Of a stretch of DNA of 58,287 bases, positions 40,925 to 50,409 are shown one piece after another. The position numbers and the translations under genes are program-made. The notes under the pieces were generated by a model. The model was given only the letters and a program-made list of their open reading frames with translations, did no database searches and was not told the DNA's origin. Origin of the DNA: an uncultured bacterium (GTDB taxonomy: Bacteria > Macinerneyibacteriota > Macinerneyibacteria > Macinerneyibacteriales > Macinerneyibacteriaceae); NCBI GenBank assembly GCA_964621075.1, contig CAZUKV010000002.1, positions 1 through 58,287 of the forward strand, in the 5' to 3' direction. Within the stretch, counting starts at the first letter, position 1. Every line of letters begins with the position of its first letter.

Positions 40925-41661
40925 GATTCAATTTTGTTTATAATAGATAAAAAATTTTCCCAGGTTTTTATTATATAATCCGGTTTTGTGTCATTATAAT
41001 TATAGGGTTGATTATTTTTTTTATATAAAATTGATTTAGCGGAGATATTTTTTGCTCCTTTAACATCAGTAGCCAAAAGATCACCAATATGTATTAACTG
41101 AGGGCCATTTTTTAAATCTTTGATTATTTTTATAAACATTTTTTCATGTGGTTTGGATCTTCCTATTTCATTTGAAAATGCGAAATCATCAAAATATCTG
41201 TATAGATTATATCTAATTAATAATTTTCTTAAATATTTTCCACATGTAAATCCGGTGTCTGAAACTATACCAAGAGTATATTTTGTTGATAAATCAGGGA
41301 TTAATTTTTTTAAATAATTTTCAGTTAATTGAGGTGGGTATTCCAAAATTGCAAGAGAGAGGGTATCTGACAATTCTTTTAGTTGTTTTTCAGTATAATG
41401 ATGAAAACCAATTGTTTTAAATAGATATTCAAGAAGTTCATTATTTTGAGGAGTGATATATTTGTTTTTCCATACCCTATTAAAATATTTCCAGGTTTTG
41501 TCAAAACCCTTTGAAATTTTTTGCTTTTTTACATGAAAATCTTTTTTATCTAAATATTTCTGGAGGGTATTTATTCGATATTTTTCTCTTTTTTTGCTTG
41601 ATGGGTCATCGCCCTTGAAGATTGTATCCCAGAAATCGAATGTTATATACTTTATTTTCAT
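40912..41661 (-). CDS. HAD-superfamily hydrolase
   Basis: Motif I FDFWDT, VSDT, SKP, HIGDLLATDVKGA. Confidence 0.9.
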   Translation of the reverse strand: MKIKYITFDFWDTIFKGDDPSSKKREKYRINTLQKYLDKKDFHVKKQKISKGFDKTWKYFNRVWKNKYITPQNNELLEYLFKTIGFHHYTEKQLKELSDTLSLAILEYPPQLTENYLKKLIPDLSTKYTLGIVSDTGFTCGKYLRKLLIRYNLYRYFDDFAFSNEIGRSKPHEKMFIKIIKDLKNGPQLIHIGDLLATDVKGAKNISAKSILYKKNNQPYNYNDTKPDYIIKTWENFLSIINKIESQEK

Positions 41662-41700
41662 ATAGGTATTTTATTTTATTTTTATAAAAAAGTAAAGATT

Positions 41701-42339
41701 TTACTTATCTTTTTTTAAGACAATATAATTTTTATTATTACTTCTAATTGGTTTATAATGGTAATATTTGAAAAGTTTAACAATTGATTTTTGCGAATAG
41801 AATGATACATGAGTGGGATCGCGCCGGTACCACCATTTTTTAAATGAAATAAGAGTTTTTGGTCTGAAAAAAGTTTGAATTGCAATGAATCCTCCCTTAT
41901 TGAGGTAGCTATCGATTTCTTCAACAGTTTTTAAAGGGTTTTTTAAATGTTCAAAAACTTCTGTGGCAGTTATCATGTCATAGGTAGTTTCTATGGGGTT
42001 AGAATAGAAAAAAGGGTCATAAAAATCAAGTTTAAGAATTTTATTTTTCAAAAGTTTTATTAAAACTGGATTGGGGCCACAGCCAAAATCGAGCAGGCTG
42101 TTAATATCTGGTAAGAAAGGTTCTATCGAATAATTAATGAACTTTTTAAAATTATTGACATATCCGGTATTGTTTAGGGTGTTTTCATGCAGATTATACT
42201 GTTTTAATTCCTCTTTTCTACTAATATAAGAAGATGGATTTTTAAAAATAAAACCACATTTTTTGCAGGAAAAAAAAAGAATATTTAATTGGTTGTCAAA
42301 AAAACTTATTGTTGAACTTCCACATATTTTACATTTCAT
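41701..42339 (-). CDS. Class I SAM methyltransferase with N-terminal zinc ribbon
   Basis: CKIC...CKKC, LDFGCG, EVFEHL, DPTHVSFY. Confidence 0.85.
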   Translation of the reverse strand: MKCKICGSSTISFFDNQLNILFFSCKKCGFIFKNPSSYISRKEELKQYNLHENTLNNTGYVNNFKKFINYSIEPFLPDINSLLDFGCGPNPVLIKLLKNKILKLDFYDPFFYSNPIETTYDMITATEVFEHLKNPLKTVEEIDSYLNKGGFIAIQTFFRPKTLISFKKWWYRRDPTHVSFYSQKSIVKLFKYYHYKPIRSNNKNYIVLKKDK

Positions 42340-42360
42340 ATATTTTTTTGAATTAAAATT

Positions 42361-43464
42361 TTATGAAAAAAATGATTTTATTTTCTTTGTAATGTATTTA
42401 ATTTCTTCTTCTTTGAGTTCAGGAAACATGGGTAAAGCTAAAATTCTCTTGCTTGTTTTTTCAGCGACAGGAAACTCTCCTTTTTTGTGATTTAAAAATT
42501 TAAAACATTCCTGAAGATGAAGAGGAATTGGATAATAAATATTAGTTCCAATACCATTTTTTTCCAGATATTTTTTTAATTCATCTCTTCTTTCTGTGAG
42601 TATAGAATAAACATAATAAACTTCCTCTACATTATCAATAACATGAGGAGTTTGTATTTCTGAAATATTTGCTAGTTCTCTGTTATATTGTTTTCCAATC
42701 GAATTTCTTTTTTTTATTCCGTCATCAATATGATTTAGTTTAACATTTAAAATAGCACCCTGTATTGTATCCAGTCTATCATTATATCCAACTTCTCTGT
42801 GATGATATCTATTACTCTGGCCATGATTTCTTAAAGAAATAACCTCATCAATATATGACTGATTATTAGATACCACAGCCCCTCCATCACCATAGGTTCC
42901 AAGAGTCTTAGTAGGATAAAAAGAAAATATGCCGATATCTCCAATTGAACCGGCAAATCTTTTTTTATATTTCATTCCAAATGCTTCTGCAGCATCTTCA
43001 AGAATTTTCAAATCATACTTGTCAGCTATTTTAACGATTTCATCCATCTTAGCTGGTTGTAAAAATAGATGAATCGGTAAAATAGCTTTTGTTTTTTTTG
43101 TAATTTTATTTTCAATTTTTTTAACATCAATGTTAAAAGTATCGGGGTCTATATCAACAAAAACTGGTTTGGCCCCTATACGTGTTATTGAGCTAACTGT
43201 AGAAAAAAAAGTAAAGGGTGAAGTTATAACTTCATCATTTGGTTTGATCCCCATAGCTTTTAATCCGAGAAATAAAGCATCAGATCCACTTGCAACTGCT
43301 ACAGCATTTTTCATATTTAAATATTGTGCCAGGTTTTTTTCAAATTCTTTGATTTCAGGTCCTAAAATATAAGAACCGTGATTTAAGACATTTTCTATTG
43401 CTTTTTTTATTTCGGGTTTTATTTCCTTGTACTGTCTTTGGGGTGTAAAAAAGGGTATTTCCAT
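42361..43464 (-). CDS. DegT/DnrJ/EryC1/StrS PLP aminotransferase (WbpE/GnnB-like)
   Basis: SGSDAL, EDAAEAFG, SFYPTKTLGTYGDGG (PLP Lys), ILALPM. Confidence 0.92.
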   Translation of the reverse strand: MEIPFFTPQRQYKEIKPEIKKAIENVLNHGSYILGPEIKEFEKNLAQYLNMKNAVAVASGSDALFLGLKAMGIKPNDEVITSPFTFFSTVSSITRIGAKPVFVDIDPDTFNIDVKKIENKITKKTKAILPIHLFLQPAKMDEIVKIADKYDLKILEDAAEAFGMKYKKRFAGSIGDIGIFSFYPTKTLGTYGDGGAVVSNNQSYIDEVISLRNHGQSNRYHHREVGYNDRLDTIQGAILNVKLNHIDDGIKKRNSIGKQYNRELANISEIQTPHVIDNVEEVYYVYSILTERRDELKKYLEKNGIGTNIYYPIPLHLQECFKFLNHKKGEFPVAEKTSKRILALPMFPELKEEEIKYITKKIKSFFS

Positions 43465-43485
43465 ATTATTTAATCCTTCCTGTTT

Positions 43486-44523
43486 TCATTTTGGATAATT
43501 AAGAGGTATACTTATCTCTTTTTTCTCTTTTGCACTTTTATATATTGCAAGAATTAATTCCAGACTTTTTTTACCCTCTCTTCCATCAGTAGAAGGTTTG
43601 GTTTTGCCTTCCAGAACACTTAAAACATTTTTATAATACTGTAAATGGCCAAAACCGTATACATTAGGAGGATTATAGTTTGATTCAAATATTTTTTCAT
43701 CATCATCGGATTGATCCTTGAATTCCCATTTTTCAATATTGTTTAGAGCAATCCCTCCTATTTTTACAGTTCCTTTTTCTCCTATTATTGTGATAGACCC
43801 TTCCATATTTTTGGGATAGGTTAACATGGTTGTCTGTATAACACCAAGAGCTCCGTTTCTGAACCTTAAAACAGCTGCTCCTGTATCTTCAGTTTGTATG
43901 TTTCTTGCAAGTGTTGCGGTTTTTGCAATTACACTATCTACAGCACCCCCAAACCACTGAACAAGATCTACATAATGACTGGCCTGATTCATGAAACATC
44001 CTCCATCGAATTCCCAGGTTCCCCTCCAATCAGCCATGTCATAATATTCTTGAGGTCGTGTCCAAAAAATTGTTGAGTTTATAAAATATATTTTCCCAAA
44101 TCTATTATTATCTATTGCTTTTTTTAATGCTACAATACCTGGATTCAATCTATTTTGTTTGACAACAAAAAGGTACACTCCATTTTTATCACATGCTTTT
44201 ATGAGGTTTTTTGCCGATTTTAGATCCACGCCCATTGGTTTTTCACTTATAACATTTATTTTATTTTTTGCAGCTTCAATGCCAATTTCGGGATGGGTTC
44301 CACTTGGAGTACAGATGCTTATGATATCTATATCTTCTTTTTGAAACATTTCTCTGTAGTTTAAGTAATATGGAACATTAAATTTTTTGGAATATTTTTT
44401 AGCCCTATCTTTTTTTATATCACAAACAGATTTTAATTCGAATTTATCTTCAAGATTTTTTATTGTTTCAAAATGTTTTTTGCTTATCCGCCCACAACCT
44501 ACTAATCCAATTTTATACTTCAT
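43486..44523 (-). CDS. Gfo/Idh/MocA oxidoreductase, WbpB/WlbA-like sugar-nucleotide 3-dehydrogenase
   Basis: VGCGRISKKH, CTPSGTH, SEKPM, VVKQNR, DGGCFMNQASHYVD. Confidence 0.88.
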   Translation of the reverse strand: MKYKIGLVGCGRISKKHFETIKNLEDKFELKSVCDIKKDRAKKYSKKFNVPYYLNYREMFQKEDIDIISICTPSGTHPEIGIEAAKNKINVISEKPMGVDLKSAKNLIKACDKNGVYLFVVKQNRLNPGIVALKKAIDNNRFGKIYFINSTIFWTRPQEYYDMADWRGTWEFDGGCFMNQASHYVDLVQWFGGAVDSVIAKTATLARNIQTEDTGAAVLRFRNGALGVIQTTMLTYPKNMEGSITIIGEKGTVKIGGIALNNIEKWEFKDQSDDDEKIFESNYNPPNVYGFGHLQYYKNVLSVLEGKTKPSTDGREGKKSLELILAIYKSAKEKKEISIPLNYPK

Positions 44524-44719
44524 TGTACACTCCTTATTTTTTTCTTTTCTTATAATAATGACTTATATTAAAAATTCAAGTTAAAGTTTAGATTTTAAAA
44601 TGTAGAAAAGTTATAACCTCTTTAATAACTTAAAAATATGTATTTTGTTAAAAAAATTACTGAATGAATATTTATCAAAAAAATTCTTGCAATTAAAGAA
44701 TCTTCTGATATATTTTAGG

Positions 44720-44815
44720 CACATATAAGAAGAAACGCTTGTTTCTCACCTTTGCAGTATGGCTGCAGGGTTTATAGTTTTTTGAAACAGGCGGGTAATA
44801 TACCCGCTTTTTTTA
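44720..44815 (+). ncRNA. Ribosomal protein L20 leader-type attenuator
   Basis: AGAAG...TTCTCACC element, hairpins at 44731-44746 and 44753-44767, terminator GCGGGTA-ATA-TACCCGC-T7 (44791-44814), directly upstream of infC-rpmI-rplT. Confidence 0.75.
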
Positions 44816-44843
44816 ATATTAGTAAAAAAAAGGAGGTTCTGGT

Positions 44844-45371
44844 ATCGGAAAAAGAAAAAAAACTAAAGCAGAAAAAATGAATGTTAATGATGAAATTAAG
44901 ACGCGGAAAATGAGAGTTATTGGCAATGATGGGGAGCAGATAGGTGTTCTGGGTAGGAAAGAAGCCCTTTTGCTTGCTCAGGAAAAAGAGTTGGATTTAG
45001 TTGAAGTTGCACCAAATGCAAAACCACCAGTAGCAAAAATAATGGATTATGGAAAATTTAAGTATGAGCAGAAAAAGAAACAAAAGAAGAATATGAAGAA
45101 AAATAAAACACAACTAAAAGAAATTCAATTTGGTCCTAAAACCGAAGAACATGATTTTAATTTTAAAATGCGTCATATTAAAAGATTTCTTGAAAAGGGG
45201 CATCGCGTTAAAATAGGCGTCTATTTTAGAGGAAGAGAACTTGCTTATCTCGATAGAGGTGAGGAAATTTTGAATGAAATTTATGAAGATTTAAAAGATG
45301 ATGTTGTATTACAAAAAGAGATTGAGAAACAGGGGCGTTTAATGTTCATGATTGTAGCTCCTAAATCATAA
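44844..45371 (+). CDS. infC: Translation initiation factor IF-3, non-canonical ATC start
   Basis: NDEI, LDLVEVAPNAKPPVAKIMDYGKFKYE, GHRVK, FRGRE; ATC at 44844 is in frame, 7 nt after AGGAGG; the ATG at 44877 lacks an SD. Confidence 0.93.
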   Translation: MGKRKKTKAEKMNVNDEIKTRKMRVIGNDGEQIGVLGRKEALLLAQEKELDLVEVAPNAKPPVAKIMDYGKFKYEQKKKQKKNMKKNKTQLKEIQFGPKTEEHDFNFKMRHIKRFLEKGHRVKIGVYFRGRELAYLDRGEEILNEIYEDLKDDVVLQKEIEKQGRLMFMIVAPKS

Positions 45372-45401
45372 TTATAGATAAAACTAAAGGAAGGAGTTTT
45401 T

Positions 45402-45602
45402 ATGCCAAAAATGAAGACAAAAAAGGCAGCGGCAAAAAGATTTAAGGTTACTGGAAATGGGAAAATAAAAAGACCTAAGGCTAATAAAAGTCATAAATTG
45501 ACCAAAAAAAATTCAAGGAGAAAGAGAAGATTAAGCGATAAAAAAGTTGTAAAAAAGAAAAAAAGAAAAAACTTGAAAAAGATGATGCCTTATAAATTTT
45601 AA
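45402..45602 (+). CDS. rpmI: 50S ribosomal protein L35
   Basis: [28 protein letters not shown]. Confidence 0.97.
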   Translation: MPKMKTKKAAAKRFKVTGNGKIKRPKANKSHKLTKKNSRRKRRLSDKKVVKKKKRKNLKKMMPYKF

Positions 45603-45613
45603 AGGAGGAAAAA

Positions 45614-45970
45614 ATGAGAGCAAGAAATACTATTGCTAATAAAAGAAAAAAGAAAAGAACATTAAAAAAAGCCAAAGGTTACTGGGGAGCAAAAAGTAAA
45701 CTGTATAGATCAGCTAAGCAGGCTTATAGAAAATCATTATTGTATGCTTTTAATGATAGGAAAAAGAAGAAAAGAAATTTTAGAAGATTATGGATTTCCA
45801 GAATAAATGCAGCTGCAAGAAAAAATGATATGAAATATTCAAGATTTATTCACGGCTTAAAAAAAGCTGATATATCTCTTAATAGAAAAATGCTTTCAGA
45901 AATGGCAATTCATGATGAAAAAGGATTTAAACAATTGGTTGATATAGCCAAGAAAGAGTTGAATGGCTAA
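45614..45970 (+). CDS. rplT: 50S ribosomal protein L20
   Basis: [30 protein letters not shown]. Confidence 0.97.
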   Translation: MRARNTIANKRKKKRTLKKAKGYWGAKSKLYRSAKQAYRKSLLYAFNDRKKKKRNFRRLWISRINAAARKNDMKYSRFIHGLKKADISLNRKMLSEMAIHDEKGFKQLVDIAKKELNG

Positions 45971-46424
45971 AATCGTTGCAAGGAACCGAAAAGCGAAACA
46001 TCTATATCATATAGAAAATACTTATGAAGCAGGAATAGTTCTTCTCGGCACGGAGGTAAAATCCGCTCGTGCCGGAAGGATTAGTATAAAAGAAAGTTAT
46101 GCACGGTTTTTTGATGGGGAACTCTACCTTGTTAATTCACATATTTCAGCATATAAAAATTCTTCAATATTTAATCATGATGAAAAAAGAATGAGGAAAC
46201 TTCTTTTAAAAAAAAGCGAATTACAGAAACTGCACGGGAAAGTAACTCAAAAAGGTTATACACTAATACCTTTAAAGGCTTATTTTACTGAAAAAAAATT
46301 ACTTAAAATTTCAATAGCACTAGCTAAAGGAAAAAATATTAGAGATAGGAGAGAGGAGATCAAAAAACGTGATATCAAAAGAGACATGAACAAGGCTTTG
46401 AAGGATAAAAAATATGAACGCTAA
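45963..46424 (+). CDS. smpB: SsrA-binding protein
   Basis: [32 protein letters not shown]. Confidence 0.97.
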   Translation: MAKIVARNRKAKHLYHIENTYEAGIVLLGTEVKSARAGRISIKESYARFFDGELYLVNSHISAYKNSSIFNHDEKRMRKLLLKKSELQKLHGKVTQKGYTLIPLKAYFTEKKLLKISIALAKGKNIRDRREEIKKRDIKRDMNKALKDKKYER

Positions 46425-47607
46425 AAAAAATTTTTTTTTTATTTTAATATTTTTAATTATTCTTTTTTCTTACCAAATTTATTCTTATAATATTTTAAAA
46501 ACTGTAAAGATTTATAATTCAAAATATTATCAGCTCAATCTATTATTTTCAAAAAATATTCAAAAATTTGATATATCTGCAAATGCGAAATATTTAGATA
46601 TTTATTTTGATAACAATGTTTATAATGATTTTAAATTTTATTTGCCGATTAGTGTAGGAAATAATCGAATTCGTATTAATTTAAGAAATACTATTTCAAG
46701 TTATAAAGTAAAAAAATATAAAAATGTAATTAATTTAATTTTATATAAAAGAGACTTGAAGAAAGAAAAAAAAGTTGCCGGAAAAAAGCAGAATAAAACT
46801 TCCCAAACAAATAATTTAAAAAAGAATAATAAAGAAAAGGGAAAAATAACAATAACTAAAAAGGAACAGGGGCAACCTATATCTACAGGGAAAAATAAGG
46901 TTAAAAAATGGAAAATTATAATTGATGCAGGACATGGGGGCAGAGATCCTGGTGCAGTTGGTCCAGGTGGGATACAGGAAAAAGGAATAGTTCTATCTAT
47001 AGCAAAAAAAGTGCACAAATTATTACAAAAATATAACAATTTTGATTTAATAATGACCAGGAAAACCGATTCTTTTGTTAAATTGCAAAATAGAGCGAAA
47101 ATTGCAAATAATGCAGGTGGAGACCTTTTTGTGAGCATACACGCAAATGCTATTAGTGGATACAAACGCAGACGGAGAACAAAGGGAATAGAAACATATT
47201 TCTTAGCAGAAGCGAGTTCCGATAGGGCAAGAGAAGTAGCTATAAGGGAGAACGCTTCTTTAAAATATGAAATGGAGAATTATAAGAATGAATCCATGAT
47301 AAAAAATATTTTATTTGATATGGCTGATTCTCAATATAAAAAAGAAAGTAGTGAAGTAGCGTATTCAATTCAAACAAATATGATAAATAGTATAAAATCG
47401 GTTGATAGAGGAGTTCAGCAGGCTCCATTTTATGTCTTGAGGATGGTTTCAATGCCTTCTGTACTGGTTGAAGTGGGATTTGTTTCTCATCCAACCGAGG
47501 TAAAATATTTATTGTCGGATTCTTATCAAGATAAAATTGCACGAACAATCGTAAAGGGAATTATAGAGTATTTTAATAAACGGGGAAAAATTTATGCAAG
47601 GAAGTAA
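46414..47607 (+). CDS. N-acetylmuramoyl-L-alanine amidase (Amidase_3)
   Basis: N-terminal signal/TM; IDAGHGGRDPGA, SIHAN, VEVGFVSH. Confidence 0.93.
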   Translation: MNAKKNFFFILIFLIILFSYQIYSYNILKTVKIYNSKYYQLNLLFSKNIQKFDISANAKYLDIYFDNNVYNDFKFYLPISVGNNRIRINLRNTISSYKVKKYKNVINLILYKRDLKKEKKVAGKKQNKTSQTNNLKKNNKEKGKITITKKEQGQPISTGKNKVKKWKIIIDAGHGGRDPGAVGPGGIQEKGIVLSIAKKVHKLLQKYNNFDLIMTRKTDSFVKLQNRAKIANNAGGDLFVSIHANAISGYKRRRRTKGIETYFLAEASSDRAREVAIRENASLKYEMENYKNESMIKNILFDMADSQYKKESSEVAYSIQTNMINSIKSVDRGVQQAPFYVLRMVSMPSVLVEVGFVSHPTEVKYLLSDSYQDKIARTIVKGIIEYFNKRGKIYARK

Positions 47608-48676
47608 TATTGTAGTTGAAGAGATTCATGATCAAAATTTATATGAAAATTACTCACAAAAAATATCCGCTCATTTTCTTCAAAGCTGGAAGTGGGGGGA
47701 GTTTAAAAAAGAATATGGGTGGATTCCTGTAAGGGTTTTTTTTAAACATGAAAATAAAATAATTGGTCTTGCGCAGGTTTTAATAAAAATAATCAGGGAT
47801 AAAAAGCTGTTTGCATATATACCGAGAGGTCCGGAGATAACGATTCATAATATAAATTTCTTAAAACAGATTTTTAATAATCTGAAAATTTTTATAAGAG
47901 AAACTTATTCTCAGATTGCATTTATCCGATTTGAAATGAATAACATGGAAAAAATAGAGGGAATGCAGGTCTCCCAAAATGAAAAAGTTATAGAATTTAT
48001 AAAGAAGAACTATAAGAAAAGTCCCTATAATATACAGGTAAAGGATACCAGAAAACTGAAATTAATTGATAGTAAAAAATTATGGGATAATTTCAAGTCG
48101 AATCAAAGAAGAAAAATTAGAAAAGCAAAAAAGTATGATGTAAAAATTTATAAAACAAAATCTGAAAAAAAATTTAAGAAATGGTTTAATATTAATAAAA
48201 AAACAGCAAGTAGAGCAAATTATTTTATTCATCCCTATAGTTATTATAAAAAATATTTTAACAGTTTTATAAAAAATGATCTTGCAAATCTTTATGTAGC
48301 AGAATTTGAAAATAAAATTGTGGGTGGAATCATAGTAGTTTTATATAATAATGAAGCAATTTATCAATACGGAGCTTCTTTGAGACTCAAAAAAAATGTA
48401 TATTCAAATGAAGCACTTCAATGGAAAGCAATAAAAGATGCTGAAAAAAAGGGTCTAAAATTTTATGATTTTTGGGGAGTATCTCCGGATGAAACAGATA
48501 AAAGTCATCCATGGCACGGTATATCAAAATTTAAAAGACAGTTTGGGGGCAAACATGTCACATACATTGGAGCTTATGATATCCCTCTTCATGGAATAAA
48601 ATATTATATTTTAATAATCCTTGAAAAATTGAGAAAAAAATATTTAAAAATAAAAAAATATTTTAGGAAAAAATAA
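47594..48676 (+). CDS. FemAB/FemX/MurM-family aminoacyl-tRNA-dependent peptidoglycan bridge ligase
   Basis: HFLQSWKWGEFK, YIPRGP, RRKIRKAKKYDV, YQYGAS, YDFWG, FKRQFGG...YIG. Confidence 0.88.
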   Translation: MQGSNIVVEEIHDQNLYENYSQKISAHFLQSWKWGEFKKEYGWIPVRVFFKHENKIIGLAQVLIKIIRDKKLFAYIPRGPEITIHNINFLKQIFNNLKIFIRETYSQIAFIRFEMNNMEKIEGMQVSQNEKVIEFIKKNYKKSPYNIQVKDTRKLKLIDSKKLWDNFKSNQRRKIRKAKKYDVKIYKTKSEKKFKKWFNINKKTASRANYFIHPYSYYKKYFNSFIKNDLANLYVAEFENKIVGGIIVVLYNNEAIYQYGASLRLKKNVYSNEALQWKAIKDAEKKGLKFYDFWGVSPDETDKSHPWHGISKFKRQFGGKHVTYIGAYDIPLHGIKYYILIILEKLRKKYLKIKKYFRKK

Positions 48677-49600
48677 ATGAAAAAGTTTCTTGCTCCTTTA
48701 GCCGGGTATAGTGATAGAGCAATGCGTGAAATCTGCGGTATGTATGGTGCGGATATCTGCTTTACTGAGATGATCAATGTTAATACAATAATTAATGTTC
48801 CTGATAAAGCAATTGAGCTTATGCAGATTGAAAATGAAAAATCTCCTGTAGCGGTACAGATCTTTGGAAAAGAAAAAGAGAATTTGAGTAAGGGAGCTGA
48901 AATACTTGATAAAAGAGGAGTAGATTATATAGATTTAAATTGTGGATGTCCTGTAAAAAAAATTGTAAAAACCGGAGCAGGATCAGCTCTGTTGAAAGAT
49001 GAAGAGAAATTAAAATCAATTATTGGATCTTTAAGAGAGGTTATAAAAGATGCTGTTTTCAGTATAAAAATAAGATTGGGATGGGATTTTGATAATTTAA
49101 ACTACCTTAGTGTAGGAAAAATAGCTGAGAAAGAAGGAGTGGATTTTATCACTCTGCATGCACGAACCCGAAGTCAACAATTTGGCGGAAAAGCCGATTG
49201 GCAGCATATAAAATATTTAAATCAACACTTGTCCATACCGGTAGTTGGAAATGGAGATATAATTTCATGGGAAGATGCTTTTAAAAAAAAAGAATTGAGT
49301 GGAGTTTCTGCAATAATGATAGGAAGAAAGGCCATAGAAAGACCCTATATTTTTTCTGAAATAGAGAAAAAACAGGATCTGAAACTAACAAAAAAAGAAA
49401 TAAAAAATCTATTACTTCTTTGGTATAAGAAAAAAATGAAATATTATGAAGAGTACAAGGCTGTTAGAGAAATGAGAAAAATCGTGCATAGATTTATTAG
49501 GGGATACAGGTATTCAAAAAAATTAAGAGTTAAAATTAATGAAATAGAAGATTTTAATAGTGTAAAAAAATTATTTGAAAGATATTTGGATTCAGAATGA
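48677..49600 (+). CDS. dusB: tRNA-dihydrouridine synthase
   Basis: LAPLAG, DLNCGCPVKK, KIRLGW, LHART, GNGDI, MIGR. Confidence 0.92.
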   Translation: MKKFLAPLAGYSDRAMREICGMYGADICFTEMINVNTIINVPDKAIELMQIENEKSPVAVQIFGKEKENLSKGAEILDKRGVDYIDLNCGCPVKKIVKTGAGSALLKDEEKLKSIIGSLREVIKDAVFSIKIRLGWDFDNLNYLSVGKIAEKEGVDFITLHARTRSQQFGGKADWQHIKYLNQHLSIPVVGNGDIISWEDAFKKKELSGVSAIMIGRKAIERPYIFSEIEKKQDLKLTKKEIKNLLLLWYKKKMKYYEEYKAVREMRKIVHRFIRGYRYSKKLRVKINEIEDFNSVKKLFERYLDSE

Positions 49601-50409
49601 TTAAATTTGATAATGCAACAAAAATATTTAATAAGAGTACTATAGGTGTTAAAGATATAAATATTGAAATAAACCAGGGAGATTTTGTTGGTGTTATTGG
49701 GCCAAATGGATCCGGAAAAAGTACACTCGTAAGATTGATTAATGGTTTATATTCTCCTTCCAAAGGGAATATTTATGTTGATGGTAAAAATACAAAAAAA
49801 GAAAAAGAGTTAGAGGAAATTAGGGAAAAAGTTGGGTTTGTTTTTCAGAATCCGGATAACCAAATTGTTGCAACTACTGTAGAAGATGAAGTTGCTTTTG
49901 GATTGGAAAATTTGCAGCTTGCCCCGGAAGAAATTGATAAAAGAGTAGATAAGGCTTTAAATTATGTTAATATGATTTCTTATAAGAGAAAATTAACAAC
50001 AAATTTATCAGGTGGAGAAAAACAATTAATTTCTTTTGCTTCAATAATTGCCATGGAAACAAAATATATGATTTTTGATGAGCCTACATCTTTGATAGAT
50101 AAATTTGGTAGAAACGAAATTATAAAAATTCTAAAAAAATTAAAAAAAGATAAGACGATAATTTTTGTATCCCATTTTTTAGAAGAAATATTTATTTCGG
50201 ATAAAATTATAGTTATGAAGGAAGGAGAGATTGAGTTTTTTGATACTCCTTATAATCTGTTAAATAATGAAAAAATATTAAAATTAATAAAGTTTCCTTT
50301 ACCTTTTTTATTAAAAATTGTTAAAAAATATGATTTAAGACCCGATAAATATGAGTTTTTACATGTTGTCAAAAAACTAAAGGAAAAAATTGATGAAAAT
50401 AGAAGTTAA
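49597..50409 (+). CDS. ecfA1: ECF transporter ATPase A1
   Basis: GPNGSGKS, VFQNPDNQIVATTVEDEVAFGLEN, LSGGEKQ, DEPT. Confidence 0.9.
   Translation: MIKFDNATKIFNKSTIGVKDINIEINQGDFVGVIGPNGSGKSTLVRLINGLYSPSKGNIYVDGKNTKKEKELEEIREKVGFVFQNPDNQIVATTVEDEVAFGLENLQLAPEEIDKRVDKALNYVNMISYKRKLTTNLSGGEKQLISFASIIAMETKYMIFDEPTSLIDKFGRNEIIKILKKLKKDKTIIFVSHFLEEIFISDKIIVMKEGEIEFFDTPYNLLNNEKILKLIKFPLPFLLKIVKKYDLRPDKYEFLHVVKKLKEKIDENRS

Noticed and set aside
46423-46440. A8T10 run at the start of the amidase gene as a phase-variation switch
   Set aside because: The frame is intact (KKNFFFI), and such runs are expected in signal peptides at this AT content.
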